DNA of 64,000 bases from Cyanophora paradoxa CCMP329. Taxonomy: Eukaryota > Plantae > Glaucophyta. The stretch is taken from contig QPMI01000129.1 of the NCBI GenBank assembly GCA_004431415.1, positions 124,001 through 188,000 of the forward strand. Direction: 5' to 3'. The notes beneath the pieces are model-generated. The model ran no database searches. It worked only from the letters and a program-made list of their open reading frames with translations, and was not told the DNA's origin. Both the position numbers and the translations under genes were made by a program. Shown here piece after piece: positions 11,855 through 24,100 of this stretch (position 1 is the first letter of the stretch; each line of letters opens with the position of its first letter).

Positions 11855-12922
11855 TCAGCGCCTGGCCCCGGAGCCAGACCCGACGAGGGGGCGCTGTGTC
11901 CTCTTTATGCAGACGGGGCAGTCCTGCGTGCCCCGCCCTATGCACCGCTGGCAGGTGCGGTACACGCCGTCCTCCTCCGACGCGCAGAAGCCGGCACCTG
12001 CGGCGAGGAGGGCACGGGGCGCGGTAAGGGGGCGCTCGGGGGAGCGGGGCGGCCGCGGTGGGCGAACCGAAGCAGCTCGCACACTCCACGACACCGTTGG
12101 TGCAGCGCGGACATTCGTGCCCGAAGCCATTCTGGATGCGGGTCCGCGGGCGGGAGAGGACCCGCGAATCGACCCGCTCTGGCGCCGCCGACTCCTCGAC
12201 AGCAGGATGCCCCAGAGCGGCCCGCTTCGCTTCCATCTCCTCCTTGGCCATCAGACCCAGGCTGCGGGCGGTCAGGCTCGCAGCGGGGCGCGCGGACGGA
12301 CGGCGGCAAACCGTTCGAGGGTCTCCAGGAAGTTCCGAGGCCTGAATCCAGGGTGCTCGCATGTGGAGAAGACAGGGAACGCGATGCCGTCGCTCGTTTT
12401 GACGCTGTTGTAGCCCTTGAGGTACCGGTCGCGCCTAGGCGGGAGAATATGAGCGCACGGGAGATACGGGAACGTATCCGAGGCTCACGGCCCAGGCGCG
12501 GCCCGGGGACGAAGCATATTAAAACAGTTAGACTGTATCTATTCCGTAGCCGTGTTCGGGCTGGCCGTGCCCTCGCCACGGCCGGAGCGCCACGTTCTGG
12601 TTTTCATTGCAAGTGACGACGGCTGACTCGGGGACCCAAGCAGCCCGCTCTGCAAGACATGCAAGGCACACGCGCACCATCTCCGCTCGTCCACCCGGCT
12701 GCCGCCGCCGGAGCCGCCCGCGCTCCTCTTACCGAGCTCGGCGCCTTTCACGGTCCCCGTCCCCGCATGAATCTCCAGCGTCGCTGGCGCATCGCTGCGG
12801 CGACCGGGCGCATCGCTGCGGCTGGCGTCGCATCGCTTGGACTGCGCGACGCTGTCGCCGAGGAACGCCGACGAGCTGCTGCCGCTGGGGACCGCCACCA
12901 GTCTAGGCCCGAGGAACGCCAT
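11855..12922 (-). CDS. Plastid-targeted DnaJ-type zinc-finger (CxxCxGxG) protein
   Basis: The N-terminus MAFLGPRLVAVPSGSSSSAFLG is Ser-rich with a Phe near the start. The C-terminus has four CxxC units: CPRCTNG, CASCFG|AG, CQRCIGRG and CPVC. Middle exons are uncertain. Confidence 0.65.
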
Positions 12923-13112
12923 GTGCACGACGCTGCCCTGAGGCGAGCTTGTGAGGTCTCGGTCGGCCACTGAAGCACGGGTACGCGTGCGCGAACTTGG
13001 ACTGAGGAGGACGACGTGGAACGTCAGCAAAGAGCTTGCGGAAGCGACTGCACGCGAGTTGTCGTTTAGGCGGCGGAGCACTCGAGAAAGGAGGTCATCG
13101 GGAAGAGTCTCG

Positions 13113-14736
13113 ATGGGACCGGCGACGGCGCTGATCTCCTCTATTCCGGGCGTTCGGGCCCAGCGAGCGCTGCGCACTGGCGTGCGCGCGTTGTCGGGGG
13201 CGCCGGCGACCCCGCCGCCCAGCGCGCCGGACAACCTCGCGGAGCATATCACGATGGCGCCCAGCCGCGTAAAGAGCACGAGCTTCCTCACAACCGAGGC
13301 TGAATTAGCCAGCGCCGGCAGCGTCGCTGGCGCGCAAGCCGCGGTGCGGGCCAAGCTCCGGCCGCGGCCAACCACCGGTCTGCGCTCCATCCTCATCGAC
13401 GAGCTAGAGCCTTTCAACGCGGCGGGCTCGCGCGTGACGCTAGTGGGCTGCGAGCGGAACAATCCGGGCGACGCGGCCGAGGTCTTCGATCTGCTCGAGG
13501 CGCTGCGACCTGCCGCTGTGATCGCCGACCTCTGTCCCCTCACGACCGGCCCGTCCCGATTCCTCGAGTACGACAAGTGCGGCCCCGCACCCGCGGTCGC
13601 CCGCGCATGCCCCCTCCCCGAGCCGCCGCATGCGCGCCGGTCCGACGCCGCTGGCCGCAGGCGGATACACGAGATCTTGCACGCGCAGCACAAGGCGTTC
13701 GAGTACCTCGGAAAGCCTCGCTTCGATTTCCTGCTTGAGAGGGCCCGGCCGGTGCGCGGCGCCGGCGTGCGCCCCGCCCGGCCGGCGCGCCGCCCACGGC
13801 AGGGCGCACGTGCATGCAGGGCCTGGACAAGACGGCAGACTCGCTGGCGGCAATTGGGTACTGCCGAGCGCACGGCGCGCGGTTCTACGCAGGTGCGGCG
13901 CGGCCCGCGGCTGCGTGGCGGCCTTGCTGAGGCGTGCGGGCAGGGGACCTGCCGCGGCCGGCGCTGGCGCGGATGCTGGGGCTGGAGGAGGACGCGGAGG
14001 GGGAGGCGGTGGCGGCGGAGCAGACGCGGGTGGGGCAGGTGCCGCCGCAGGCGCGGGAGCTCGTGGTGGACCGCTTCGGGCGCTTCCTCGAGCTGCGCGC
14101 CGCCCGCGACTCGGGCATGCAGATCGAGGGGGCGCACCCCGTCGACCTCGACGCCGAGCTCGGAGCCCTCGAGTACGAGCTCGCCGCCGTCGTCCGCCGC
14201 TGTACCCCGCCCCCGCTCCTCGCCCGCACCTTCTGGAAGGCTCTCTTCGCCTACACCCTCCCCTCCCTCGCCCCGCCCCTTCCCCCGACGCCCCCTCCGC
14301 CGCCTGCCGAGGCCGGTTCCAAGCACGGCGAGGGGCCGGCGGTAGGGGGGGAGCTGCGTGCGCGGGACGACGTGGTGCTCCTGTGCGGGCGCCTGCAGTC
14401 GGTCGTGCTCAAGCGCCTCTGGGAGCCCGAGATCGCCAGGGTGCGCCCGGCAGGAGGCTCAGGCACGGAGGGCTCGCTGACGGGGTGCGGCGGGCGCAGA
14501 CGAACCCGCCGCTGGAGCCGGCGGACCTGAGCGGGGGCGAGGGGGCGATCATGGGCTTCTCGGAGGGGGCGGGGGACCTGCGCGCCCACTGGCACGCGCG
14601 CTCGGCCATGTTCGACCCCTCCCGGGGGGACGCCATCACCTGGCTCGCCCCGGGGGCCAGCGAGCGCGTCGCGCAGCCCTTCTTCCCCGTCAGCAGCCCC
14701 GCCGCCCGCCCTAAGCCCTCCATTGTCGTCCAGTGA
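13113..14736 (+). CDS. Divergent TraB/PrgY-like domain protein, probably organelle-targeted
   Basis: VTLVGCERNNPGDAAEVFDLLEALRPAAVIADLC and VVLLCGRLQSVVLKRLW resemble the first and last TraB blocks. The N-terminus is R/A/S-rich. Confidence 0.5.
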
Positions 14737-14991
14737 GCCAGTGCTCACGAGGCCCTGAGGGGCGAACGGATGCCGTGGTGCCACTGTGCCTCGGTGCCCC
14801 ACTGCGCTCGTTGTGCTCTATGCCAACACATACGGGCCTTGCGAGGTCAGGGCCGCTTTCGTGCATATGGTCTCTCATTTCGAATTCAGACCTTGACGGG
14901 CTCGGTGACTTGATGGGCCGACGCGGGGCACTGGTGAAGGCAGAGCAGTCTCAAACGCGAGCGGGCCACCTTGTTGGCGCGAGCTCGACAT

Positions 14992-15064
14992 GCCCGTCTA
15001 GCTCAGTCGGTAGAGCGCTGGACTCTTAATCCAGTGGTCGTGGGTTCGAGCCCCACGGTGGGCG
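14992..15064 (+). tRNA. tRNA-Lys(CTT)
   Basis: GCCCGTCTAGCTCAGTCGGTAGAGCGCTGGACTCTTAATCCAGTGGTCGTGGGTTCGAGCCCCACGGTGGGCG forms a 73-nt cloverleaf with A and B boxes, followed by TTTT. Confidence 0.98.
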
Positions 15065-15124
15065 CTTTTCCCCTCCCGCGGGGTCATGGCCCCGCCGCCC
15101 GGGGCAGTCGATCGCTACGCTTCA

Positions 15125-15197
15125 GCCCGTCTAGCTCAGTCGGTAGAGCGCTGGACTCTTAATCCAGTGGTCGTGGGTTCGAGCCCCACGGTGGGCG
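15125..15197 (+). tRNA. tRNA-Lys(CTT)
   Basis: Identical copy, followed by TTTT. Confidence 0.98.
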
Positions 15198-15472
15198 CTT
15201 TTGTCCATGCTCTGGCGCACTGCTCCTTCCATCTTTCGCTTCTTCCTCTGCTGCCGCTAGTTGGTACTTGCCTGGTAGCTTGTTGTTTCGGCAACAGCCA
15301 GCAGCGGAGCGGACACAATCGAGCTTGCTTAGCCGCGACCCGCTCGCAGCCGCGTTTCGCGTGGTCGCTTCCGATTTGCGCGGCTTCGCGTAGGAGCAGC
15401 TGCGGCATCACGATGATCATGAGCTTCAGCTAGCACCAGAGCGAGCGGCCCTGTCCGCTTCCAACTCCAGCC

Positions 15473-16326
15473 ATGCGCGGCTCGAAGCCAGCGGACCCGC
15501 CCATCGAGGCAGACGCACAGATCTCGTTCCTGCAGTGCGTTTGCGCTTCTCTCTGCAGCTGCCGCCTCTCGCTGCGCGCTTGCTCAAGAAGGGCGGCGCC
15601 CCTGCCGCGGCAGAGATGCGCTCTCGAAAATGTCGATGAATCTCGCGGCCACCGAGCGCTCGTCGCAGGAGACTCTTGAGGTACTGGGCCCGCCTCGCTG
15701 CGCGCGCTCGCGCCGGCCGCGGCACAGCATGCGCAAACGCTGAAGCGCCGCTCGCGCAGGCCACATCCTTTGAAATTGCCGAGTGCGAGAGGCAGATCGC
15801 CGATTGCGAGCAGAGGATACTCGCGAAGGAAGTAGAGATACGCCAGACGCAGGTGCGCATGTTCGTGGGTGGTGCTCGCCTGTGAGCGCTGGCGCTTAAT
15901 GCGCTGCGCCATCCTTCGTTCGCTGGCCTGATGCATATGCGGGAAAACACGGCGCAGGCGCGCATCTCCGGCCTGGAGAACGCCAGCGCCGCACAGCGTC
16001 GGGAGCTCGCCCAGCTGCAGGATCGCCTCGCGCGGGCAAACTCCGCACTGCCCACTGCCGCAGCTGGCGGCGACGCCGGCGCGAGGGCTCCTGCGGCGGG
16101 GTGCGCGGCGGCGCCGGCCTCGGCGGCGGACGTGAGGGCCGCGCTGGAGAAGGAGCGGCTGCAGGAGCGCGAGCTGCACAGCGTGCGCCCCGCGCCCGAG
16201 GCAGGCCTGCCCCGCGGTCGCCCCAGGCCTCTGACCGCCCGGCAGCTGACTGCGAAGATCCGCGAGCTGGAGGCGGCGCAGGCGGCGGCTGCAGCGCCCA
16301 GGGGACGAGGCGCGGGAAATATATAG
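15473..16326 (+). CDS. Small coiled-coil protein, hypothetical
   Basis: Exons splice to MRGSKPADPPIEADAQISFLQ|DALSKMSMNLAATERSSQETLE|ATSFEIAECERQIADCEQRILAKEVEIRQTQ|ARISGLENASAAQRRELAQLQDRLAR...|LTAKIRELEAA..., which shows a heptad pattern. Confidence 0.6.
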
Positions 16327-16914
16327 TCCCCCTGGCAAGCTTGAGGCCTCGATCTACCGTAGTGCCCTTCAGCGCGCCCGAGATGGCGCTAGCCCTAGCC
16401 CGGAGTCCACTCGACCGCTCTCTCATGGTCGGCCGCTGGCCCGCCGGGCGCGCCCCCGCATGCCGCAGCAGCAGCGCTAGCGGGCGCTATCATAGTAGTA
16501 TCCGACCAAGCTCCAACGTTAACGTTAACGCGTTTTGGAGCGCTGAGCTGTATCGCAAATTAACAAACTTGAAAGCAACACAACAATCCTCGTTCGTGAT
16601 CATGATCATACATGCGCATGTGCAACGTTAACTCTAAATTCTAAATCTGCGCATGCGAATAGCCTGGCAGCCTGGCAGGGTCATTTGCATGCAGCGCTAG
16701 CGCACTGCAGCTGCCAGCTGCACGTGCACATGCAGACTCTGCCAGGCTGAGAGTTCCGAGGCTCGATCGCGAGGGGCCTGCCAGCTGCAGGCTGAAGCGC
16801 GCGCGCGAGGAGCTCGAGGGGTAAGCGCTAGGGCAAGGAGTAAAAAGCGACTCTCGGCGCCGCCGCGGCGCGGCCGGCGTGATCATGAACTCCAGGAGCT
16901 CGAGGTGAATACAG

Positions 16915-16987
16915 CGCCCACCGTGGGGCTCGAACCCACGACCACTGGATTAAGAGTCCAGCGCTCTACCGACTGAGCTAGACGGGC
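16915..16987 (-). tRNA. tRNA-Lys(CTT)
   Basis: Exact reverse complement of the plus-strand copies; no T-run immediately downstream. Confidence 0.98.
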
Positions 16988-17047
16988 TGAAGCGTCGCGA
17001 TCGACTGCCCCGGGCGGCGGGGCCATGACCCCGCGGGAGGGGAAAAG

Positions 17048-17120
17048 CGCCCACCGTGGGGCTCGAACCCACGACCACTGGATTAAGAGTCCAGCGCTCT
17101 ACCGACTGAGCTAGACGGGC
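17048..17120 (-). tRNA. tRNA-Lys(CTT)
   Basis: Exact reverse complement, followed by TTTT on the minus strand. Confidence 0.98.
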
Positions 17121-17374
17121 ATGTCGAGCTCGCGCCAACAAGGTGGCCCGCTCGCGTTTGAGACTGCTCTGCCTTCACCAGTGCCCCATCAAGTCACCGA
17201 GCCCGTCCGATCCGTAGGCGGCGCAGCTGGCTGATACAAACCGTTCCGCTCTGCCTCGCGACGCTCGCACGGCCAGCCGGTCGCGGATCGGACGGAGCTC
17301 GCCTAGGAGCTATCTGCGTCCGGCTCGGTCCCCGTAGTCGCCCGCGTTCGTCGCGTTGCGACGGAACCGCAAGC

Positions 17375-18074
17375 ATGTCTCGCGCGCCGCGGGACTCGCC
17401 GCCGCGGGATGCCGAGAATCCCTTGACGCGGCGGCCCGACTACGTCGAACCGTGCGTGCCTCCCGCCGGCGCCGGGCGCGGCCGCGCGGCGTCGAAACCG
17501 CGCGCACTGAGCTGCGCGCGGCGCAGGTCGCCGCGGGGCTTGGTGAACCCGCTGCCGGAGTACCTGCGCCCCGAGTCGTACCGGCGGCACGACCGCGTGG
17601 CGCTGCTCTTCGGCGGGTCGCGCTCCTCCTCGGGCAAGGCGGCGACGCTGACGAAGTGGGCCGTCGGCTCCATCGTCGCCATCCTCTTCCTCGGCCTCCT
17701 CGCCGTCATCATCTTCGCCGTCGTCAGCGCCGCCTCCCCGGCCGCCGCCCCGCCCGGCCTCCAGCGCGCCTCGAGCTCGCCCGCCGGCGTCGGCCCCGCC
17801 TCCGAAGCCGACGTGGTGCGGCGGCGGACGGCGGAGGCGGTGGCGGGGGCCGGCATCTCGGTGAGCGCCGTGCTGGGGGGCCCCGGGGGCGGCGGCTCGG
17901 AGGGCGGCCTGGTGCTGAGCCTGCGCTCCAACGTGAGCATGCCGGGCAACGTCTCCTCCGCCTACTTCTGCCGCGCCTTCGCCCTCAAGGGCCCCCGCCT
18001 CTCCGTCCCCTACCACGCCACCCGCTTCGAGGGGCACGTCCTCTCGCCCCACCTCCACCACGTCCGCTGCCCCG

Positions 18075-18107
<33 letters not shown>

Positions 18108-20306
18108 TTCTCGTTCCCTCCGGCCTGAGGGACGTCGCCCAGATGCTGCTCTTCGGCTGCCTGAAGCCCGTCGACGCGTGGCGCTACGAGCGCTACTAGT
18201 GCGCCCCGGCCCCGGCCTCCCCGCCCCGCCCCCGCCCCGCCCCGCCGGCGCAGCTCCTGACGGGGGCGAGCGCCGGCAGCCCGTGCCCCGAGATGGAGGA
18301 CGTGCCGTGCAACACGATCATCGCCGGCACCGCCGACCAGCCCGACAGCCTCGACTTCCCCCCATCCGCCGGCCCGCCCCCCCTGCCTGCATGCAGCCGG
18401 CGCGCCCTATGCGGGCTGGAAGCTGAGGAGTGCTGTGCGGGCGGCAGGGATGCCGCTGGGGAAGGGGGCCTTCGGCGACACGTACGTCGACGTCCTCCTC
18501 CAGTGGCACTGCGCGCCCCGCCCCGCCCCGCCCCGCGCGCTCCCTCCCGGCTCACCCCCGCCCCCCGCCTGCAGACACGCCGAAGCAGGCGGGCGCCGTG
18601 GACACCAGCGGTGCGGCCGAGCTCCCGCGGGGCCCCCGTGAGGCCAGGCCAAAGCCTGAGCGGGGCGCGGCGGCGGCGCAGGGTTCGACCTGCACCTGAC
18701 GCCCCGCCTGCGGCCCCACAGCATCGGCTCCATCGCCATGTGGCGCGCCCCGTACCCCTTCTGCTTCCCCCCTCCTCTCGAACGAAGGCCGGGGGCGGGA
18801 TCAGGTACCCTGCGAACCGGTGGACGGTGAACGGGACGGCGCTGGCGGAGGAGGTGGCGGCGGGGCGCGTCGCGGCGAACACTTCCGCCATCGAGGACGC
18901 CTCCGTGCGCCCCGCCGCCCCGCCCCGCCCCCCTTTCCAGCGCCCGCGCCCACGCCGGCACGCCGCGCCCCCGCAGGCCAAGTTCTGCGTCGCCAGCTCG
19001 CCCCCCATCCCCCCGCGCCGCCCCAGCGTCGACTACGTCGGTGCGTGCGCCGCTCTCGCCCGCCCGCCCGCCCGCCGCGTGCGGCGCCGCTAAGTCAGCG
19101 GTCGCCGCGCACGCGCAGTCACCTGCCCGCCCATCAACGCCTACGACTCGGTAGGCCCCTTTCTGCCTCCCCCCCCTCGCTCGTTCGTCGATCGAACGTT
19201 TTCGGCGCAGCTGCTGTACGGGATCCCCCCCGGCGGGGCGAACCTCACGCACGTTTGGCCCCGTGCGTACCCCCCCGCCCCCCCACCCCAATCCCCCCAC
19301 CAAGGCGAGGGCGGGGCGCGGGCGGGCGCAGACATGCACCTCACGGGGTCGCGGATATGGGCCGAGCTCTACAGGCGCGACGCCAACGCCACCGAGGGCC
19401 CGCCCCGCCCCGCCCCGCCCTTCTCTCGCCATCTCGTCCCGCCTCCGCTGCGGCTGAGCGGCAGACCACCCCCCGCAGGCCTGTGGCGCTTCGAGCGGGA
19501 GATATACCGCTGGGACTCGTACTACTTCCACGGGCAGGTGGGCCCGGACCCCTCGGGATCTCCCGGGCCCTGCGCCCCCGCCCCGAGTGCGAGCGAGCGG
19601 GCGCACCCCCGCAGCGCTTCTTCGAGCTCGAGAGGCCCGTGCTGCTGCTCCCCTCGGACCGCCTCGTCCTCCACTGCGAGTGCGTACCCGGCCCGCCCCC
19701 GACCCCGGGGGCACCCGCCCGCCCGCGCGAACGCGGCGGGGGTACACGCACAGGTTCAACACGACGGAGCGTTCCGAGCCGACGCGCATCGGCAACGGCA
19801 TCCTCGACGAGATGTGGTGCGCGCGCGCCGCCGCCGCGACGGCTCTGAGCGGCCCGCTGGCCTCCGAGAGGGGACCTGACGTGAGCGGGGGCAGCAACCT
19901 GTTCATGGTGACGGTGCCGCGGGTGGCGATGGCGGGGGTGGAGGCGCTGGCGCGGGCGCGGGGGCGGGAGCCGGGCGAGGCGGCCGAGCTCGGCTCCCTC
20001 TGCCTCGGCGGCGTCCTCGGCTGGCCCGCCATCGCCCCCCGCCTCGTCTCCCCCCGCCCCGCCGCCCCTCCGCTTCCTCAGGCGCCCCCGCCCGCCGCCC
20101 CGCCCTCCCCGCCCCTCCCCCCCAGCCCTCGCCCACCGCGTGGCCGGGCGTGACACCGGCGGCCGCTGGTGCCGGGGCGCCGCGGCCAACGCCAGCGCCC
20201 CCTCGCCCTCCCCGCGCCCGCCTCCCGTCGCCTCCCCCGCCCCGCCGCTCCCACGTCGCCCCCCACCCCCGCCCCCGCCGGGGCCTCCCCGACCCCCGCC
20301 GCTTAG
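17375..20306 (+). CDS. Copper type II ascorbate-dependent monooxygenase (PHM/DBH-like) with N-terminal TM anchor
   Basis: TM WAVGSIVAILFLGLLAVIIFAVV. The Cu ligands reconstruct across introns as HLHH|MLLFGC, LLQWH(Y), WP(H)MHLTG and DEM(C)NLFM. The 3' end is approximate. Confidence 0.85.
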
Positions 20307-21173
20307 CCCTCCCGGCCCCCGGCCTCCTCCTTCCTTTCCTTTCATTTTGAGCGTGCATGCAGAGAGATGTGACCAGAGTAGCTCGCAAGCGCCCCCTCCG
20401 GATCCCCCCTCCCCCGGGGTGCCACGGCGCCAGTGGGGGCCGGGGGACGAGGGGGGGCGGCGGGGCTCGAGGGGGTCTTCGCTTGGAGGACCCGGGAGGG
20501 AAGATCTAGAGGAAGGGCCGAACGTTCAACTTGCAAGCGTTCGCGGTGATCATGATCGCTGCCCCACGTCACGGCGTCCCCGGGCCCATGCACCCGCCGC
20601 ATTCCGCCCCCGTGGGCTCGGGCTCCAGGCTCCCCCCAGAAACTTGGATCCGGTAGGAGAATCGCACTGCATGAAACCCCTGCCGTGTGCCATGAAAGAA
20701 CTTCGGATGTTAGAGCCTCGGAGCACATGAGCTCATGATCGCTGAGTGATTGGGGAAGGACCTCCTTCCCCTTCCCCCACTTGGGGGTGTCCGGGTGCCC
20801 ACCCTAGGCCAAAATGAAATGTCCCGACCTCCCAAAACCCGAGTTTTCTCGCCGGATCCTAGCAAGGCATGTCCCTAGGAGTCCGGAAACGTGTTCCGGG
20901 ACATTTGGGCCCCGTCGGGTCGACCAGGAATGGGCAATAACACATTTTTGGAAAATGCAATCTAGCGCCTCACCAAGTGGCGGTATATCTGCCGGACCGA
21001 GTGCTCCTGAATGCGCTTGATGTGCCCGACGAGTCATGTCATACATTCCGAGACCGGAGGAGCACAGGGTAGACCGCCAGGCCGCCTCAAGTACCTGTTG
21101 TACCGGACGCCGGAAAAAAGAGCTCCTGCGAGTCGGGAGCCGATTGCTGGGTACGCAGTACTACGTTCTTGCC

Positions 21174-24100
21174 ATGGCGCGCCGAGGCGGACGAGGGCGC
21201 GGTGCGGACCTGCCGCCTGACATATCCGAAAGCGGTGTTCAGCTCTGCTCGACGCCGTGCGGACACAGCCGGGGCTGCGCTCCTGGCGGCCGATGTGTGA
21301 GTTGCGGAGAGCATGTACAGCTGCTGAAGAACCTGTACAGGCACGTTCGTCAGTGCAGGAAGAAGGCACCCGCAACGCCGCGTTCCGGTACGCGCCGCTT
21401 GGCCGAGTGCGAGCCGATGGTTCTGACTGCCCCGCGCCCGCCGTCCGCAGATCCGAGCTCGGCGAATGCGATCTCTTCAAACATGCCACACTCTTGCGAG
21501 ACGAAAGGTGAGCTCGCGCGCCGCCCGGCAATCCCGAGCTGGGTGTGCATAGAAGCCGAGCATGACCTCTCGGGCGCAGATGTAGCCATGTCGTCGAACA
21601 GCTTTTCTTACGCATCTTCTTCTTCTCAGCCGCAAGGTGAGCCCTCGAGCCGGCGGCCGCAGAGCTCGCGAGCAAGCGGCCCCATAGCTAGCCTGCGCCG
21701 CGCCGCCACCTCTCTGACCGGGCGCCCGGTTGCAGATCACAGCCTGTCGTCTTCCGTCGCCTCTAGAGTCTCTCCTTCTTCTCAACCGGACGGTGAGCTC
21801 GCACGGCAGCGGCCGCCGGGTCGGGCGCCGCGCGGCCACCTTTCTGACCGGGCGCCCGGGTTCAGATCGCGGCCTTTCGTCTTCGGTCACTTCTAGCGTC
21901 TCTCTTTCTTCTCAACCGGACGGTGAGCTCGCACGGCAGCGGCCGCCGCGTTGGGCGCACGCATAGCCACCTTTCTGACCGGGCGCCCGGTTGCAGATCG
22001 TGTTCTGTCGTCTTTGGTCGCTTCTAGCGTCTCTCTTTCTTCTCAACCGGACGGTGAGCCAGCCCGCACGGTAGCGGCCGCAGGGCCGAGGGCCGGCGCC
22101 GCGCGGCCACCTTTTGACCGAGCGCCCGGCCGTTTGCAGATAGCGGCCCGTCTCCTCATGTAGCTTCTAGCACTTCTCCTTCGGCTCAGACGGGGACAAA
22201 AGGTGAGCGCGCCGCCTGAAGTCACAGCTTCTGAGCAGAGCCTAACTTGTCGCAGATCTTGGGGCACGCTCTAGTTCAGGAGGAACCCAAGATTCCGCGT
22301 TTCCATGTAATCCACGTATCCATGTACAATCCACGTCCACGTCCACGTCAATCCATGTGCCCTCCTCAATCCCTGTTGCCGTGTCATGTCCCTGTGCCCA
22401 ATCCAATCCTGATCTGGCAAAGACTGCCACGGCCGAGAAAGCCAAATTGGCTAGGCTGAGGCGGCTTGAGAGCCAGCTTGTGATTGCGATGGAGCACTAT
22501 GAGAATAAGGGAATGGCACAGCACACAGTCTCTGGCAGGAGAACCCGGCGATCGGTTCAGAGGTTCAGTAGTGGGCCAGAGACAAGCGCAGGTGAGGCCA
22601 AAACCGAGGCACAACCTCGCCTTGCATCAATTCACACTTGCATTCTGTACAGAGGAGGCGCATGTGCAAGAATGTGGGCGAGGCAGACGCCGACTCCGAA
22701 GGAACAAGCAGGCTGTCTCGTCGTCTCCAAGCACAGAGGCCGCGCCAAGATCTGCTTCAAGCAGATCAGCATCTGGAGATTTTGAGAACAGAAGCGCGCT
22801 ACCAGAACCATTTATCGATCTGGAGATGAGCTCGAGCTCGAGCTCTAGCTGCGAGCCAGCATCAAGAACCTGCAGAACAGGCGTGCACACACGGGCAGCA
22901 CGAACAAGACAGACAAGACCTACACGTCAACAACAGCAAGATAGCAACAAGCAGCAGCGTTTCCAGTGCAACTTCTGTGCATCAACCTTTGCGAGCGCCA
23001 AGCGCAAAGAGAGCCACGTGAAAGAGAAGCACCGGAACCGTGAGTATACTTGAGCTTGCTTGGACTGAATTCACATTCTCTTGCTCATTTGTCGCCAGTG
23101 TCGGATGCAGATCAGAGGAGAGCTGCAGAGAAGGATACGATCGAGGCCTTCTTGCGGGAGTACGAAGAGGTCAGCACTATGAAGATTTGTGCTTGCTGTG
23201 CCGAGCTCAAGTCAGCTGCAAGCTTCCCAAAAAGACGTCTGTTTCCGGCTACACACCCACTTATGGAGGCACTGTATGTCAACACCGAGGCTCTTGCCCA
23301 ACGGCCTGGCAGTCTGCTGTCAATTGCCTACACAAATCCCAAGCTGGAGGGTATGGCGATTGCGGCAGTTCTCGTAGACGAGCAAGATCACGGCGGAACG
23401 TACCGTGATTCTTGTGAGCGTGGCTGCGCCAAGTCGTGCAAGCAGGCTATCAAGCACATCCAACTGTGCTCATCATGCATCGAGATTCTGAAGAAGCGGC
23501 ACGTTCCTGCGAACTCTGTCATCAATCTTGATTTTGGACAAGTTCCAGACGTACTCAAACGTCTCACCCATTTGGAGGAGAAGCTGATTGCTCTGGCAAG
23601 CGCAATGGTCAATGTGAGAACACTGCACCAGAAAGGTGGTCAGCGGGAGTCCTCTGGCAACTGCATCTCGTACTGGAACAAACCTGGTCATCTTGTACGT
23701 CGCTTGCCTCGGCGCACGACGCAGGCGGACACAGTATTCGTCTCCAGCACTGGCAAGCACAAGGATGTTCGAATGGAAGTTCGCCCCGAGCTTCTCCGTG
23801 CTGCACTTCAAGAATTGCTAGAGGTACATGCAGCCATGGCTGCATTGCATTTAATTATGTGCAAGCTGCTTACAAGTTCGTGCAGAACAATTCACTGTAC
23901 CAGAAGTTCAAGGCTGTGATTGATGAGTCCAACCTTGAGGAGTACAGCTCAGGCCACATGCAGGTTCCTGTGGCCACATCATTGCTAGTTACTCCGACAC
24001 CACCTGCGCCTGCTGCCGCCTCCGGTCCCGAACCTGTTCCATCTTCAGACGAGGGATCTGAGATGGAGATTGACTCTGAAGACCTGCTTATTATCACAGA

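Larger units (their letters stand above)
14895..17207. repeat. Inverted repeat, arms ~14895-15198 and ~16914-17207, each carrying two tRNA-Lys genes
   Basis: The arms are reverse complements: the tRNAs are identical, the 60-nt spacer differs at one base, and there is one ~10-nt indel in the upstream flank. Confidence 0.95.
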
